64,000 nucleotides of DNA from an uncultured Candidatus Saccharibacteria bacterium (GTDB taxonomy: Bacteria; Patescibacteriota; Saccharimonadia; Saccharimonadales; Saccharimonadaceae): NCBI GenBank assembly GCA_937889535.1, contig CALBZW010000011.1:140513-204512 (forward strand), read 5' to 3'. The translations under genes and the position numbers were made by a program. How positions within the stretch are numbered: position 1 is the first letter of the stretch; each line of letters begins with the position of its first letter. This document shows, in pieces, positions 41,889-50,996 of the stretch. A model generated the notes under the pieces. It saw only the letters and a program-made list of their open reading frames with translations. It was not told where the DNA came from and searched no databases.

Positions 41889-43850
41889 ATGAAGGTTAGA
41901 ATTAAGAAGATCAGTATTAGAAGATTTCGTTCGTTTGGACAAGTTGAGATTGAGGCAACACGGCTAAACATTTATTCCGGTAAGAATAATTCTGGAAAGT
42001 CAAATATCCTAAGAGCCCTGAACTTATTTTTTAATTCACAAAGTAACTATGGTGTTCCTTTTAATTATTTCGAAGATTACAATAAGGCTTTTCGTGGCGC
42101 AGCTGGAGGAAAGCGCGAGGTACAGATTGAAATATCCTTTGTAGGTACTGGTGATGGAGCGTTAAAGGATGGTTTTTCTATTTGTCGTACTTTTTCAGAA
42201 GGATCCTCTAGCCCGGAAACGCAATATAAATCGACTAATGCGAAGATCAATGCGGCTATTCAAGCTCGCAATGGGAATATTACTCGCCAATTTACAGCTT
42301 TTTTAAATAAGATTGAGTATCTATACATACCAGCAGTGCGAGATAAGTTTTTTATACGCTCGCTATTGTTGAAGTTTGAGCAAGTTATTAAATCTGCTGC
42401 CCGAGGCGAGCAATTTGATAAAGCGATAGACGAGCTTTCGACTATACTTGGCGATGTCTCTAAAGGTATTAGCCTGAATTTCAACACATATATGCAAATG
42501 CCCGCGACTGCATCCTTATCATCTAATGTGACGGATATATTGGGCGCAATTGAAATTAATGTTGAATCCGGCTTGCAAATTCAAGACAAAAAATCTAGTA
42601 GCAAAGGGCATAGAATCAGAAATGTGCCTATTAACCTATTTTCTTCTGGCGATGGGATAGTTATGGCTTACCTTGTATATTTTCTTGCTTTTTTGACGAA
42701 AAATGATAAGAAGAATTATATTTGGGGGTTTGAAGAGCCTGAAAACTCTTTAGAGTACTCTAAGATTGAAGATCTAGCACATCAATTTTATTGTGAATTT
42801 TCTAACCAAGCACAGATTTTTATTACGACTCACTCACCGGCATTTATTAATCTACGTGAGCAGGACGGGGTGTCCCTGTACAGGGTATATATCGAGCCAC
42901 ATTTGGCAAGCGGAGGACAACAGCCTTCACCAAACAAGCGTTTAACTCATGTGGAGAAGTTGGAAACCATCCGAAAACAACTATCGTTACTAGACTGGAA
43001 TGACCCGAGACGCACGGTTCTTGACGACGAACTACATCTAGCGGAGCAATCAAGAGCGATTGAGGAGATAGCTTGCTCTGTAAGACAAGAAAGGGAGCGT
43101 CTTGCCAAGGAATACCAAGAGTTTGAAAAGAAGAACGCGTCATTGCTGAATAATTTTCCAGACAAGATTTTTGTTTGCGAGGATGATCGGGGAACAGAAT
43201 TATGGCGTCATCTTTTAAAAGAGGCACGTATCGATAAAGTTCACGTTATATCTTCAAGTGGCTGCTGTAATAATCAGGTGGAAAATTGGACCGTTATACA
43301 ACAGCACTATAAACCGGAGTATTATCCAAAAATCTTTAGAGAAATCGATCGTGATGGAATGATGGACCGCCAAGCAGAGGTTGTTAGTGAATACCTTAAT
43401 AAGAAATATGAGGGGGTATTTAAGAAATATAATGTCGGAGTGTTGCCGGTTTGCGAAATCGAAAATTTTTCAATTTTATGTAATAACAACTATGAAAAAA
43501 TCCCAGGAGAATATCACCAAATCGAAGCTAGCCGACTGCTTAAAATCGATAGGCATTTCACGAAAACAATAGAGGATAAATTAACTCAAATGCTAAAGCT
43601 GACTGGCGACAACAACGAATTCCCAACTATTAAATCTACGTCGAGCCATAAGAAGATAGAAGAGATGCGTTGCATTGCAACAGCAAATTTTGTACAGCAG
43701 ATGCCCGGAAAAGAGTTATCGAAATTAATACAGAACTTTAATCCGGTGAAGACGTTAATGAATCTTACATATCCAGACTTTCCAGAACCACTACGTGATT
43801 ATTTAGCCAAAGTCAAAGATTTTTTCGACGATGGCCATCCTTCCATCTGA
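41889..43850 (+). CDS. OLD-family ABC-type ATPase fused to a Toprim/DUF4435-like domain (class 1 OLD or fused PARIS-like defense nuclease)
   Basis: IRRFRSF...GKNNSGKSNILRAL (Walker A), FEEPENSL...ITTHSP (Walker B/H-loop). C-terminal IFVCEDDRGTE and EIDRDG are Toprim-like acidic motifs. Confidence 0.6.
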   Translation: MKVRIKKISIRRFRSFGQVEIEATRLNIYSGKNNSGKSNILRALNLFFNSQSNYGVPFNYFEDYNKAFRGAAGGKREVQIEISFVGTGDGALKDGFSICRTFSEGSSSPETQYKSTNAKINAAIQARNGNITRQFTAFLNKIEYLYIPAVRDKFFIRSLLLKFEQVIKSAARGEQFDKAIDELSTILGDVSKGISLNFNTYMQMPATASLSSNVTDILGAIEINVESGLQIQDKKSSSKGHRIRNVPINLFSSGDGIVMAYLVYFLAFLTKNDKKNYIWGFEEPENSLEYSKIEDLAHQFYCEFSNQAQIFITTHSPAFINLREQDGVSLYRVYIEPHLASGGQQPSPNKRLTHVEKLETIRKQLSLLDWNDPRRTVLDDELHLAEQSRAIEEIACSVRQERERLAKEYQEFEKKNASLLNNFPDKIFVCEDDRGTELWRHLLKEARIDKVHVISSSGCCNNQVENWTVIQQHYKPEYYPKIFREIDRDGMMDRQAEVVSEYLNKKYEGVFKKYNVGVLPVCEIENFSILCNNNYEKIPGEYHQIEASRLLKIDRHFTKTIEDKLTQMLKLTGDNNEFPTIKSTSSHKKIEEMRCIATANFVQQMPGKELSKLIQNFNPVKTLMNLTYPDFPEPLRDYLAKVKDFFDDGHPSI

Positions 43851-44097
43851 TTACATTTGCTTCGGACATTAGATAGCGTGCTCGCTTCAGTAAAATTACA
43901 TTAAAGATATTATCAGGCCATTTTTATCATCGTTCATTAATTTTTATCCCCTACTCTAGCGCAACGCGTTGAAACTTTGCCTATATACATAATAATGTTA
44001 GTAAAACGGCTAGCACTTTAAGAATCTTATCATCTAGGCTATCAGAAAAAATGAAAAGGCCTCAAATGACATGCATGATATTTTATTCTTCATTCAT

Positions 44098-44142
44098 CTA
44101 GAAACTCTGTTATAGCCGAACGAACTACGTCCGACCATAAAG
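44098..44142 (+). repeat. right copy of the ~45-bp direct repeat
   Basis: CTAGAAActCTGTTATAGCCGAACGAACTAcGtCCGACCATAAAG. Confidence 0.7.
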
Positions 44143-44183
44143 ACCATAGCTCAAGATAGTAGAACACGCTATAATAAAAATGT

Positions 44184-44720
44184 ATGAATCTCATCACCAC
44201 AGATTATTACGGCAATAAATACGAAGCGGATCCGGAAAATATGTCCGTCTCGATACATGTGTATGGCATCGCGATTAAGGATAACCAGGCGTTAATCTCG
44301 CCGCAGTTTGACGGTTATGATTGGCCAGGCGGGACGTTTAAAATCGGTGAAGATACGATACAGACCTTGAAGCGTGAGTTTAAAGAAGAGACGGGATTTA
44401 ATGTTGAACCGATAAAACTGCTGGATGTGGAGACGAGTCTGTTTCATCATTATAAGCGCGGTACGGATCATCACTCGATACTCGTATTTTACCTCGTTAA
44501 AATTGTTGGAGGCGAGCTGTCAGATGCTGGGTTCGATGATGACGAGCGCGAATACACTAAGCTGGCTCGTTGGGTGAATTTAGACGATTTGCGAAAAATG
44601 CATCATGCCTGTAGCGTTGATATTGCTGATAAGATAATTGATTTAGCTCAGAGTGAGACTGTGACTAACCTTTCTATATCTCCCATTGCCAAGAAAAACG
44701 ATGAACCCCTTGTCTCGTAG
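44184..44720 (+). CDS. NUDIX hydrolase
   Basis: Nudix box GGTFKIGEDTIQTLKREFKEETGF. ATG lies 8 nt after GCTATAAT. Confidence 0.8.
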   Translation: MNLITTDYYGNKYEADPENMSVSIHVYGIAIKDNQALISPQFDGYDWPGGTFKIGEDTIQTLKREFKEETGFNVEPIKLLDVETSLFHHYKRGTDHHSILVFYLVKIVGGELSDAGFDDDEREYTKLARWVNLDDLRKMHHACSVDIADKIIDLAQSETVTNLSISPIAKKNDEPLVS

Positions 44721-45428
44721 AACTTGAAGTTGCTGACGGATTTTTGCTTCGATATGATGATTTTGAGGGTGTTTTCGACTTAGATAATTCGTATATTGGT
44801 AAACGTCGCTTAGATAAAAGTCATCCGTTCTAAGCGAATTGATACAGTTTAGCACGTCCAGTATCCAACTCCTAGAATCGATATTAGAGACGTGCAGTTT
44901 TTTGATATGATTATAGGCTTTTATAGTATCGCCGATGTTCGCCATTAAACCATCTGTAATGAGGTTAATCTTTCCTTGCTGGGGTATGTTTTTATATAGT
45001 ATATTAGACCCTATCCAACCCGCTCTTCTTGCGGTTTTTGATAAAGGAGGTCTTTTTTCTATAACGTCAGGAGTAAAGAAAAAGCTAGGCACAAAGACTA
45101 AATTCTGTACATTGTAGTCTTTTGAATATTGAAGGACGAGGAGTTCTGGGTTGGTCGCGCTCGTAATGCGCTCTATCATTTTCGAATATGCGCTGCCAGC
45201 TATTTTTGTTCCGATATGTTGACATTTGCTTTTTAGCTCAAAAATTTTTTGACACTTTTCGCAGACAAAATCAGAGACTGGTGTGTTATTTTTTAATTTT
45301 TTTAGATGAGAATTGCCACAGCAAGGGCAATACACATTATCAGCTACCCACTGCTCACTCATAACTCTAACTTTTTGACTATTACTCTTATAATGCGTAG
45401 TTAGTTCAATGTCAAAAGATAAATTCAT
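44643..45428 (-). CDS. DpnI-like methyl-directed (Type IIM) restriction endonuclease
   Basis: YKSNSQKVR..SEQWV...YCPCCGN...PVSDFVCEKC...FELKSK...RRAGWIGSNI...IRQQLQVLRDKG closely parallels DpnI as I recall it. AAAGGAG SD. Confidence 0.8.
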   Translation of the reverse strand: MNLSFDIELTTHYKSNSQKVRVMSEQWVADNVYCPCCGNSHLKKLKNNTPVSDFVCEKCQKIFELKSKCQHIGTKIAGSAYSKMIERITSATNPELLVLQYSKDYNVQNLVFVPSFFFTPDVIEKRPPLSKTARRAGWIGSNILYKNIPQQGKINLITDGLMANIGDTIKAYNHIKKLHVSNIDSRSWILDVLNCINSLRTDDFYLSDVYQYTNYLSRKHPQNHHIEAKIRQQLQVLRDKGFIVFLGNGRYRKVSHSLTLS

Positions 45429-45514
45429 CGGATCTCCTTTCTATAGATGTTAGAGCTTTATTCGAAAATTGTAAACTATTATTAGATAACCCCGGCTCAT
45501 CGCCAGGGTTATAC

Positions 45515-46327
45515 CTACAGCTGACGAACCTCGTTCATGACTTTAAATAAAGTCTTAGCTGGCATCATGCTGTAAAAACTGAAATTATTTTTGGGCTGGG
45601 AGATGGCCTTGACGCCATTCTTTTCCCAGACGGCAGCGGCTTTTGCTTGATCATAAGTGTTGTCCCACCACTTCGGGCGAACGGTTTCGCCATTCGGAAC
45701 AAAATAACACTCGCAATAATCGCCCACCAAATCGCTGTTTTTTCGTGCTAAGACCTGGATGTATTTACTCAAGTCCCATTCTGTAAACTCAAGCGCCACC
45801 GAATCCTTACCCCAATTACCGATAAAGGCCAGTTGGTTACGATAAAGCTTGGGGTTGGCGCGCATGACTTGCGTCGATGATGCACGGATTTGATCGATAA
45901 CTGGATCATTGTGCGGATTCGGGTCGTCGGCGAAAAACGGAATTGGCAGTAAATACCAAAGATACGCGAAATAGCGATGAAATAGTTTCGCCACCCACGT
46001 CATAGCACTGCTCGGTGCGCCACCAACAAAAAAGACGCGCTTAATTCTCCGCTGTTCTTCGTCGAAATTCCAGAGCAATATCATTTGGCAGGCGACATAT
46101 GCGCCTAACCCGCCCTGTGCGTGGATTTCCAAATCTCGGAAATCATAACGCCTTTCGTATTTCAGGATTTGCTGGCGAATATTCTCCTTGACATTTGGAT
46201 TTTGACCGTAGTCGAAGACAATAACATCTAAGTCTTCGCCATAGCATCTCTTCAGCTCGTTAACGTACGCCTGCTCGGTCTCTGCCGAATCGCCTTCGGC
46301 AGGAATAACCAAAATTGTTGACCGCAT
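45515..46327 (-). CDS. hypothetical protein, alpha/beta-hydrolase-like without an obvious nucleophile; paralog of 4051..4833
   Basis: 270-aa ORF with a GGAGGTGG SD. Confidence 0.55.
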   Translation of the reverse strand: MRSTILVIPAEGDSAETEQAYVNELKRCYGEDLDVIVFDYGQNPNVKENIRQQILKYERRYDFRDLEIHAQGGLGAYVACQMILLWNFDEEQRRIKRVFFVGGAPSSAMTWVAKLFHRYFAYLWYLLPIPFFADDPNPHNDPVIDQIRASSTQVMRANPKLYRNQLAFIGNWGKDSVALEFTEWDLSKYIQVLARKNSDLVGDYCECYFVPNGETVRPKWWDNTYDQAKAAAVWEKNGVKAISQPKNNFSFYSMMPAKTLFKVMNEVRQL

Positions 46328-46425
46328 TTTACCACCTCCTTTTTAGAATGACGGTCTACAAAAGGAATAGTGTGTATATTATAACACGTAATTATACTCT
46401 ATACAACTGCTATACTGAGTTTTGT

Positions 46426-47113
46426 TTAAAAATCTTCGTAATAGTCTTGAATTTTGTCGATAATTTCTTCTTGTTGCATTTTTTGGTAAGCTCGCGAGTA
46501 AATTTGATAGACGAAATCGCGCCTGTGATAATCACGTTCAAATTGATCGCGGCGCTGCGCCAAAATAGGATTATCAGTCCAGAGATGAAAATGGCCAGTA
46601 CGTTGCGTACGCCCCAACATGTATTCGTAACAGCGATTAAAATGATCATCGAAAGTGTTTAGCTCTGGATAATTTTTAATACTGGTTGCTAGCTGGCGCG
46701 GAGCTAGCACTTCGATATCGAAGTCGCGGTCGGAGTCGGAAATAATTTTACCATAAAAGTTACGAGGAGGGGTTTTGCGCGAGCCGCGATGATCCTCCAC
46801 CGCTTCCCGGATGATTTGAATTTCTGGATTTGAGAAGAAAGTTTTGAGATTAGCGTCGCTAGCTACGATTTCACCAGAAGCAAGCTCGTGATGCTCTCGG
46901 TCAGTTTTTAACCCTAAATCCGTGATAAACGGCGGCAGTATAGGCAACATCGTAATCTTTGTGATAATATTCAGCCAGCATGAGAGCGTTACGCACTACG
47001 CTTTGGATGTGAATGGGGCCATGAGAATAAAATTTTTCATAGCGTGGCAAAATTTCAGACTCAATATACGCCTTTAATTTTGGATTAATCTCGGAATTAT
47101 GGCTTTCGTTCAT
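46426..47113 (-). pseudogene. HD-domain phosphohydrolase disrupted by a 1-nt insertion
   Basis: Frame 1 reads ...AAVYHGFRVKN* and frame 2 reads ...TDLGLKTDREHHELAS. Removing one G from coding-strand CACGGAT (plus-strand CC at 46920-46921) restores AAVYHDLGLKTDREHH, the HD motif. Confidence 0.75.
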
Positions 47114-47133
47114 AGATATATTATAATAGAACT

Positions 47134-47760
47134 ATGCGAAAATACATACCAGAGAATGTGAAATTGATACCGGCGGAGGCGGAATGTAAGTTCTGGGGTG
47201 AGTTGTTTGATGTTTATCAGTGGCCACAGGAAATGTTTGATGGCTCGACGGCGACTTTTGAAATGTTAAGACGCGAAGATACGGTTGTGATTATTGCGAT
47301 GTTGACGGCGGAAGAACAGAGGCGCTTGGGGAAAGTTGCAGAGGGCGAAGATGCGGAAGACAAAGTGGTAATTACTTATCAAACGCAGCCGCATCAAGAT
47401 TGGTTTTATGATTATCCGGGCGGGCGACATGACAATCCGGACGAAACAGAGCTCGAGGCGGCGAAACGAGAATTGCGCGAAGAAACGGGTCTAAGTTTTG
47501 CGAACTGGAAACTTGTAGAAGTGCACCAACCATTTACGAAGATCGATTGGCTAGTTTATACTTTCGTGGCGACAGACTTAGTCGGGCAAGTTGCGCAGAA
47601 GTTGGATGCAGGAGAAAAGATTGAGGTCCTAGAAGCCACTTTGGATGAACTACGTGAGTACGCGAAGAAGCCGAACGCGAAATACTTAATGCCTGGATTT
47701 ATGCGAGGGGTCAAAAATCTGAATGGGCTGCGAGAACTGCCAGCGCTGTACGAATACTAA
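47134..47760 (+). CDS. NUDIX hydrolase (ADP-ribose pyrophosphatase-like)
   Basis: Nudix box GGRHDNPDETELEAAKRELREETGL. ATG lies 6 nt after TATAAT (47122-47127). Confidence 0.8.
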   Translation: MRKYIPENVKLIPAEAECKFWGELFDVYQWPQEMFDGSTATFEMLRREDTVVIIAMLTAEEQRRLGKVAEGEDAEDKVVITYQTQPHQDWFYDYPGGRHDNPDETELEAAKRELREETGLSFANWKLVEVHQPFTKIDWLVYTFVATDLVGQVAQKLDAGEKIEVLEATLDELREYAKKPNAKYLMPGFMRGVKNLNGLRELPALYEY

Positions 47761-47770
47761 GTTTAGCTAA

Positions 47771-48538
47771 TTAAGTTTCCGTCTTATCCTCTTCTGATTC
47801 TGTATCTTTTTGCGATTCCCCTTTCAGTACCCGCATAATCCATTCGCGTTTCCAGACAACGAGGCCAAGTATGGCTATACCGGCGACCGCGGTGACAGCG
47901 ACAAGGCCGAGGTTGTCGCTCAGGCCAGCGCCGAGATAATTTGTCATGATAATCGTCGGGAGGCGGCCAAGGCCGACGAGAAGCATGAGCTTCGGAATCG
48001 GAACTTTCGTCAATCCGGCAATATAACAGACGACGTCATCCGGAAAACCGGGGAGCAGGAAAATCGCAAAAAGGATGAACGAGGCACTTTTGGCTTCGAG
48101 AATAAAATCAAATTTCGCGATCACGGATTTCTTGAAAATCTTTTCCAACAAGGGGCGACCAAAGCGGCGAGCGAGTTTGAAGACAATCCAACAACCAATT
48201 AGGCTACCGATCAGCGTCCATAAGATTCCCCACGGTCCGAAAAGGAATCCGCCGACGCTGCCGACGAGCTGCCCAGGAATCGGTGCGGCGACGGTCTGAG
48301 CAATCTGGAGCAGAATATATAATAACGGTGCGAAAATTCCCCACGACTGGACCGAGGCGACGAGCTGGTCGCGGTTCATTAGAAGCGAAGTGAGCGGACC
48401 TTCGAGCGCAATGTCAAAGATAAGATAGATAGCTAGAGCGGCAATCGCAATCGCAACCACGGTGACTTTGAGTTTCGTCTGGCGCGAAATGCGTTTCTTA
48501 ACTAGCGATTCATCATTACTTCGCGTATTCAACGGCAC
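47771..48538 (-). CDS. TVP38/TMEM64 (DedA superfamily) membrane protein
   Basis: LLPGFPDDVVCYIAGLTKV motif; multi-TM; GTG start. Confidence 0.8.
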   Translation of the reverse strand: MPLNTRSNDESLVKKRISRQTKLKVTVVAIAIAALAIYLIFDIALEGPLTSLLMNRDQLVASVQSWGIFAPLLYILLQIAQTVAAPIPGQLVGSVGGFLFGPWGILWTLIGSLIGCWIVFKLARRFGRPLLEKIFKKSVIAKFDFILEAKSASFILFAIFLLPGFPDDVVCYIAGLTKVPIPKLMLLVGLGRLPTIIMTNYLGAGLSDNLGLVAVTAVAGIAILGLVVWKREWIMRVLKGESQKDTESEEDKTET

Positions 48539-50033
48539 GGGTCTCCCGGATCACGTTGACTTTAATCACGCCAGGATAAGACATAGTGGCTTCGATCTTG
48601 TTCGCAATATCGCGAGCGAGTTTCAAAGCACTCAGGTCATCAATTTGTTTCGGTTCGACAATCACCCGAATCTCACGACCAGCGGAAATCGCGTAAGCCT
48701 TGTCGATGCCCGGGAAGGACGTCGCGATGTTTTCGAGGTCGCGCATACGCTCGGCGAAGTTCTCAGCGGAAATGTTGCGAGCGCCAGGGCGAGCAGCACT
48801 GAGAGAATCAACAATCTTCACGATGATTGCTTCTGGAGTTGTAGGCTCGATGTCGTCGTGGTGAGCAGCCATAGCGTGGACAACTTCATCCGGCATGCCG
48901 TACTTCTTCGCGAGTTCTGCACCAATTTCGGCGTGCTTCCCTTCGATTTTATGGGTTACGGCCTTACCGATATCATGAAGCAAAGTTGCGGTCTTCGTCA
49001 CGCGCTTGTTGGCGCCAATTTCTTCGGCAATCATGCCAGCGATGTGCGCCATCTCGACAGAGTGGAGCAAAACATTCTGACCATAGCTAGTGCGGAATTT
49101 CAGTTCACCGAGTAGATGAATCAGCTCACGCGGAATACCAACGACACCAACTTCGCGAGCGGCATCTTCGCCGGCGCGCATAACTTCTTTTTCAATCTCA
49201 CGCTCGGCCTTGGCGACAGCATCTTCAATCGAACTTGGGTTAATGCGGCCATCCTTCATCAAACGTTCAAGAGCATAGCGTGCGACTTGGCGACGAATCG
49301 GGTCGAAGCTCGAAAGTACCACCATGCCCGGAGTATCGTCGACCATAATGTCGACACCAGTAGCGCGTTGGAGAGCCTGAATATTGCGGCCTTCCTTACC
49401 GATAATGCGACCCTTCATGTCATCGTCAGGAAGTTTGAGCGCGGTAACCGTGCGGTCAGCAGTGACTTCAGACGACATACGCTCCATGGCAGTCAGTAAA
49501 ATCGCCTGCGCAGTTTCGTCAACATCATGCTTAATTTCTTTCTGTTCCTTCGCGACAAGCCCGACGAGATCTTGCTTAATGTCGCGTTCGGTCATTTGCA
49601 TAAGTTTTTCGCGCGCAGCTTCTTTCGAGAGGCTGGCGATTTTCTCGAGCTTTTCTTGCTGACGATTGCGGATGTCGCGGACTTCGTTTTTCAGATCATC
49701 AAGTTCTTTTTCCTGTTTCGCGAGACGCTCGGTTTTCTGTTCGAGCTGGTCGAGTTTGTTGTCGAGATTTGCTTCGCGCTCGGTGAGACGAGTCTCGGTC
49801 TTTTTCCATTCGCGACGACGCTCAGCTTCTTCTTGCTGAGACTGCGAGGTAATCTCTGCGGCGTCAGTCTTCGCTTTTAATACAATATCCGAAGCTTCGT
49901 TCTTCGCCTTACGAACTAAATCATCGGCTTTATTCTTGCCGCCATTTTCATTCTTTTTATTGTACGCAAAAAGCGCACCAGCGCCCGCACCCATCCCGAG
50001 TACGAGGGCAATAATTATTCCTACTACGTTCAC
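48516..50033 (-). CDS. rny: ribonuclease Y
   Basis: N-terminal TM, coiled coil, KH (GRIIGKEGRNI) and HD (LLHDIGKA) domains. GTG start behind GGAAAGGT. Confidence 0.95.
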   Translation of the reverse strand: MNVVGIIIALVLGMGAGAGALFAYNKKNENGGKNKADDLVRKAKNEASDIVLKAKTDAAEITSQSQQEEAERRREWKKTETRLTEREANLDNKLDQLEQKTERLAKQEKELDDLKNEVRDIRNRQQEKLEKIASLSKEAAREKLMQMTERDIKQDLVGLVAKEQKEIKHDVDETAQAILLTAMERMSSEVTADRTVTALKLPDDDMKGRIIGKEGRNIQALQRATGVDIMVDDTPGMVVLSSFDPIRRQVARYALERLMKDGRINPSSIEDAVAKAEREIEKEVMRAGEDAAREVGVVGIPRELIHLLGELKFRTSYGQNVLLHSVEMAHIAGMIAEEIGANKRVTKTATLLHDIGKAVTHKIEGKHAEIGAELAKKYGMPDEVVHAMAAHHDDIEPTTPEAIIVKIVDSLSAARPGARNISAENFAERMRDLENIATSFPGIDKAYAISAGREIRVIVEPKQIDDLSALKLARDIANKIEATMSYPGVIKVNVIRETRAVEYAK

Positions 50034-50151
50034 TCAAGTACCTTTCCTAATTGTTGTGTCGATATTTTTCTCTATACCGACGGGGTAACAAATAAATATA
50101 AATTAATAACTTTCTGTTTTAATTATACCATAAAAATGACTCAATGTAAGT

Positions 50152-50182
50152 AAAATACCTCGGTTTTCGCCGAGGTATTATT
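50152..50182. terminator. bidirectional intrinsic terminator
   Basis: AATACCTCGG-N6-CCGAGGTATT flanked by A and T tracts. Confidence 0.7.
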
Positions 50183-50256
50183 CAGTGTGATGTACGTTAG
50201 CCATAAAACATATTGTTTATAAGTTACTTAAAGACTTAAATGCAGTCGTATCTATT

Positions 50257-50985
50257 TTATTCAACTACACTATCGAGACCTTCCCATTCGCCAGTAAAAT
50301 TGTTCAATATTTTAACCGAGGAATTATAAAACGTCTGGATATCGTCGGTTTTTACTTTCGCTTGGACTTCGCGTAGCCCACCTTTAAAGCCAATGATAGC
50401 ATAAGTGTCCGGCTTATTCTTGTACGCAGCCTCATCAATCATATAAACCAAGTATGTTTTACCGGATTCAATGCGAATATCGTCAGTATTTAATACCTCG
50501 ATATAATCAGCCATAGCCAAGCTGCCATCATTTTCCTTGGCGCGTTCATACTGCATTTTTTCCATATCCGATAGACTTTTGACATATTCGTCAACCGATA
50601 TTGCGCCTCCCAAGCGATAGAACTCAAGTTTTTCATTCACTGGTAGATTGCCTTTGATATTTTCGAGAACCGTTAAACTACCATAAGTATATGCGGAAAC
50701 ATATTCTTGGCTTACGTCGCTATAGTTGCTAACGCCGTCAACCGAATCAACTCTTACAATAGCTACATACTGGCTCATATCTGCCATCTTGCTCGGATCC
50801 GAAATATCCGTCGCTAAACTACTTTCTGACCGTATAGTATAAACAGTAGAATTATTCTCTCTATCTATTACAGTCTTAGATGAAGGCTCTTCTTGTTTCG
50901 TCTGCATATTGACCGCACCTGCTGTCACTAAAACTCCCAAAACAATACAACATCCCGCACAGATAATCTTTTTGATATTTTTCAT
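50257..50985 (-). CDS. secreted hypothetical protein
   Basis: Signal peptide MKNIKKIICAGCCIVLGVLVTAGA. Lies downstream of the metzincin gene in the same orientation. Confidence 0.6.
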   Translation of the reverse strand: MKNIKKIICAGCCIVLGVLVTAGAVNMQTKQEEPSSKTVIDRENNSTVYTIRSESSLATDISDPSKMADMSQYVAIVRVDSVDGVSNYSDVSQEYVSAYTYGSLTVLENIKGNLPVNEKLEFYRLGGAISVDEYVKSLSDMEKMQYERAKENDGSLAMADYIEVLNTDDIRIESGKTYLVYMIDEAAYKNKPDTYAIIGFKGGLREVQAKVKTDDIQTFYNSSVKILNNFTGEWEGLDSVVE

Positions 50986-50996
50986 GTTTTCACCCC

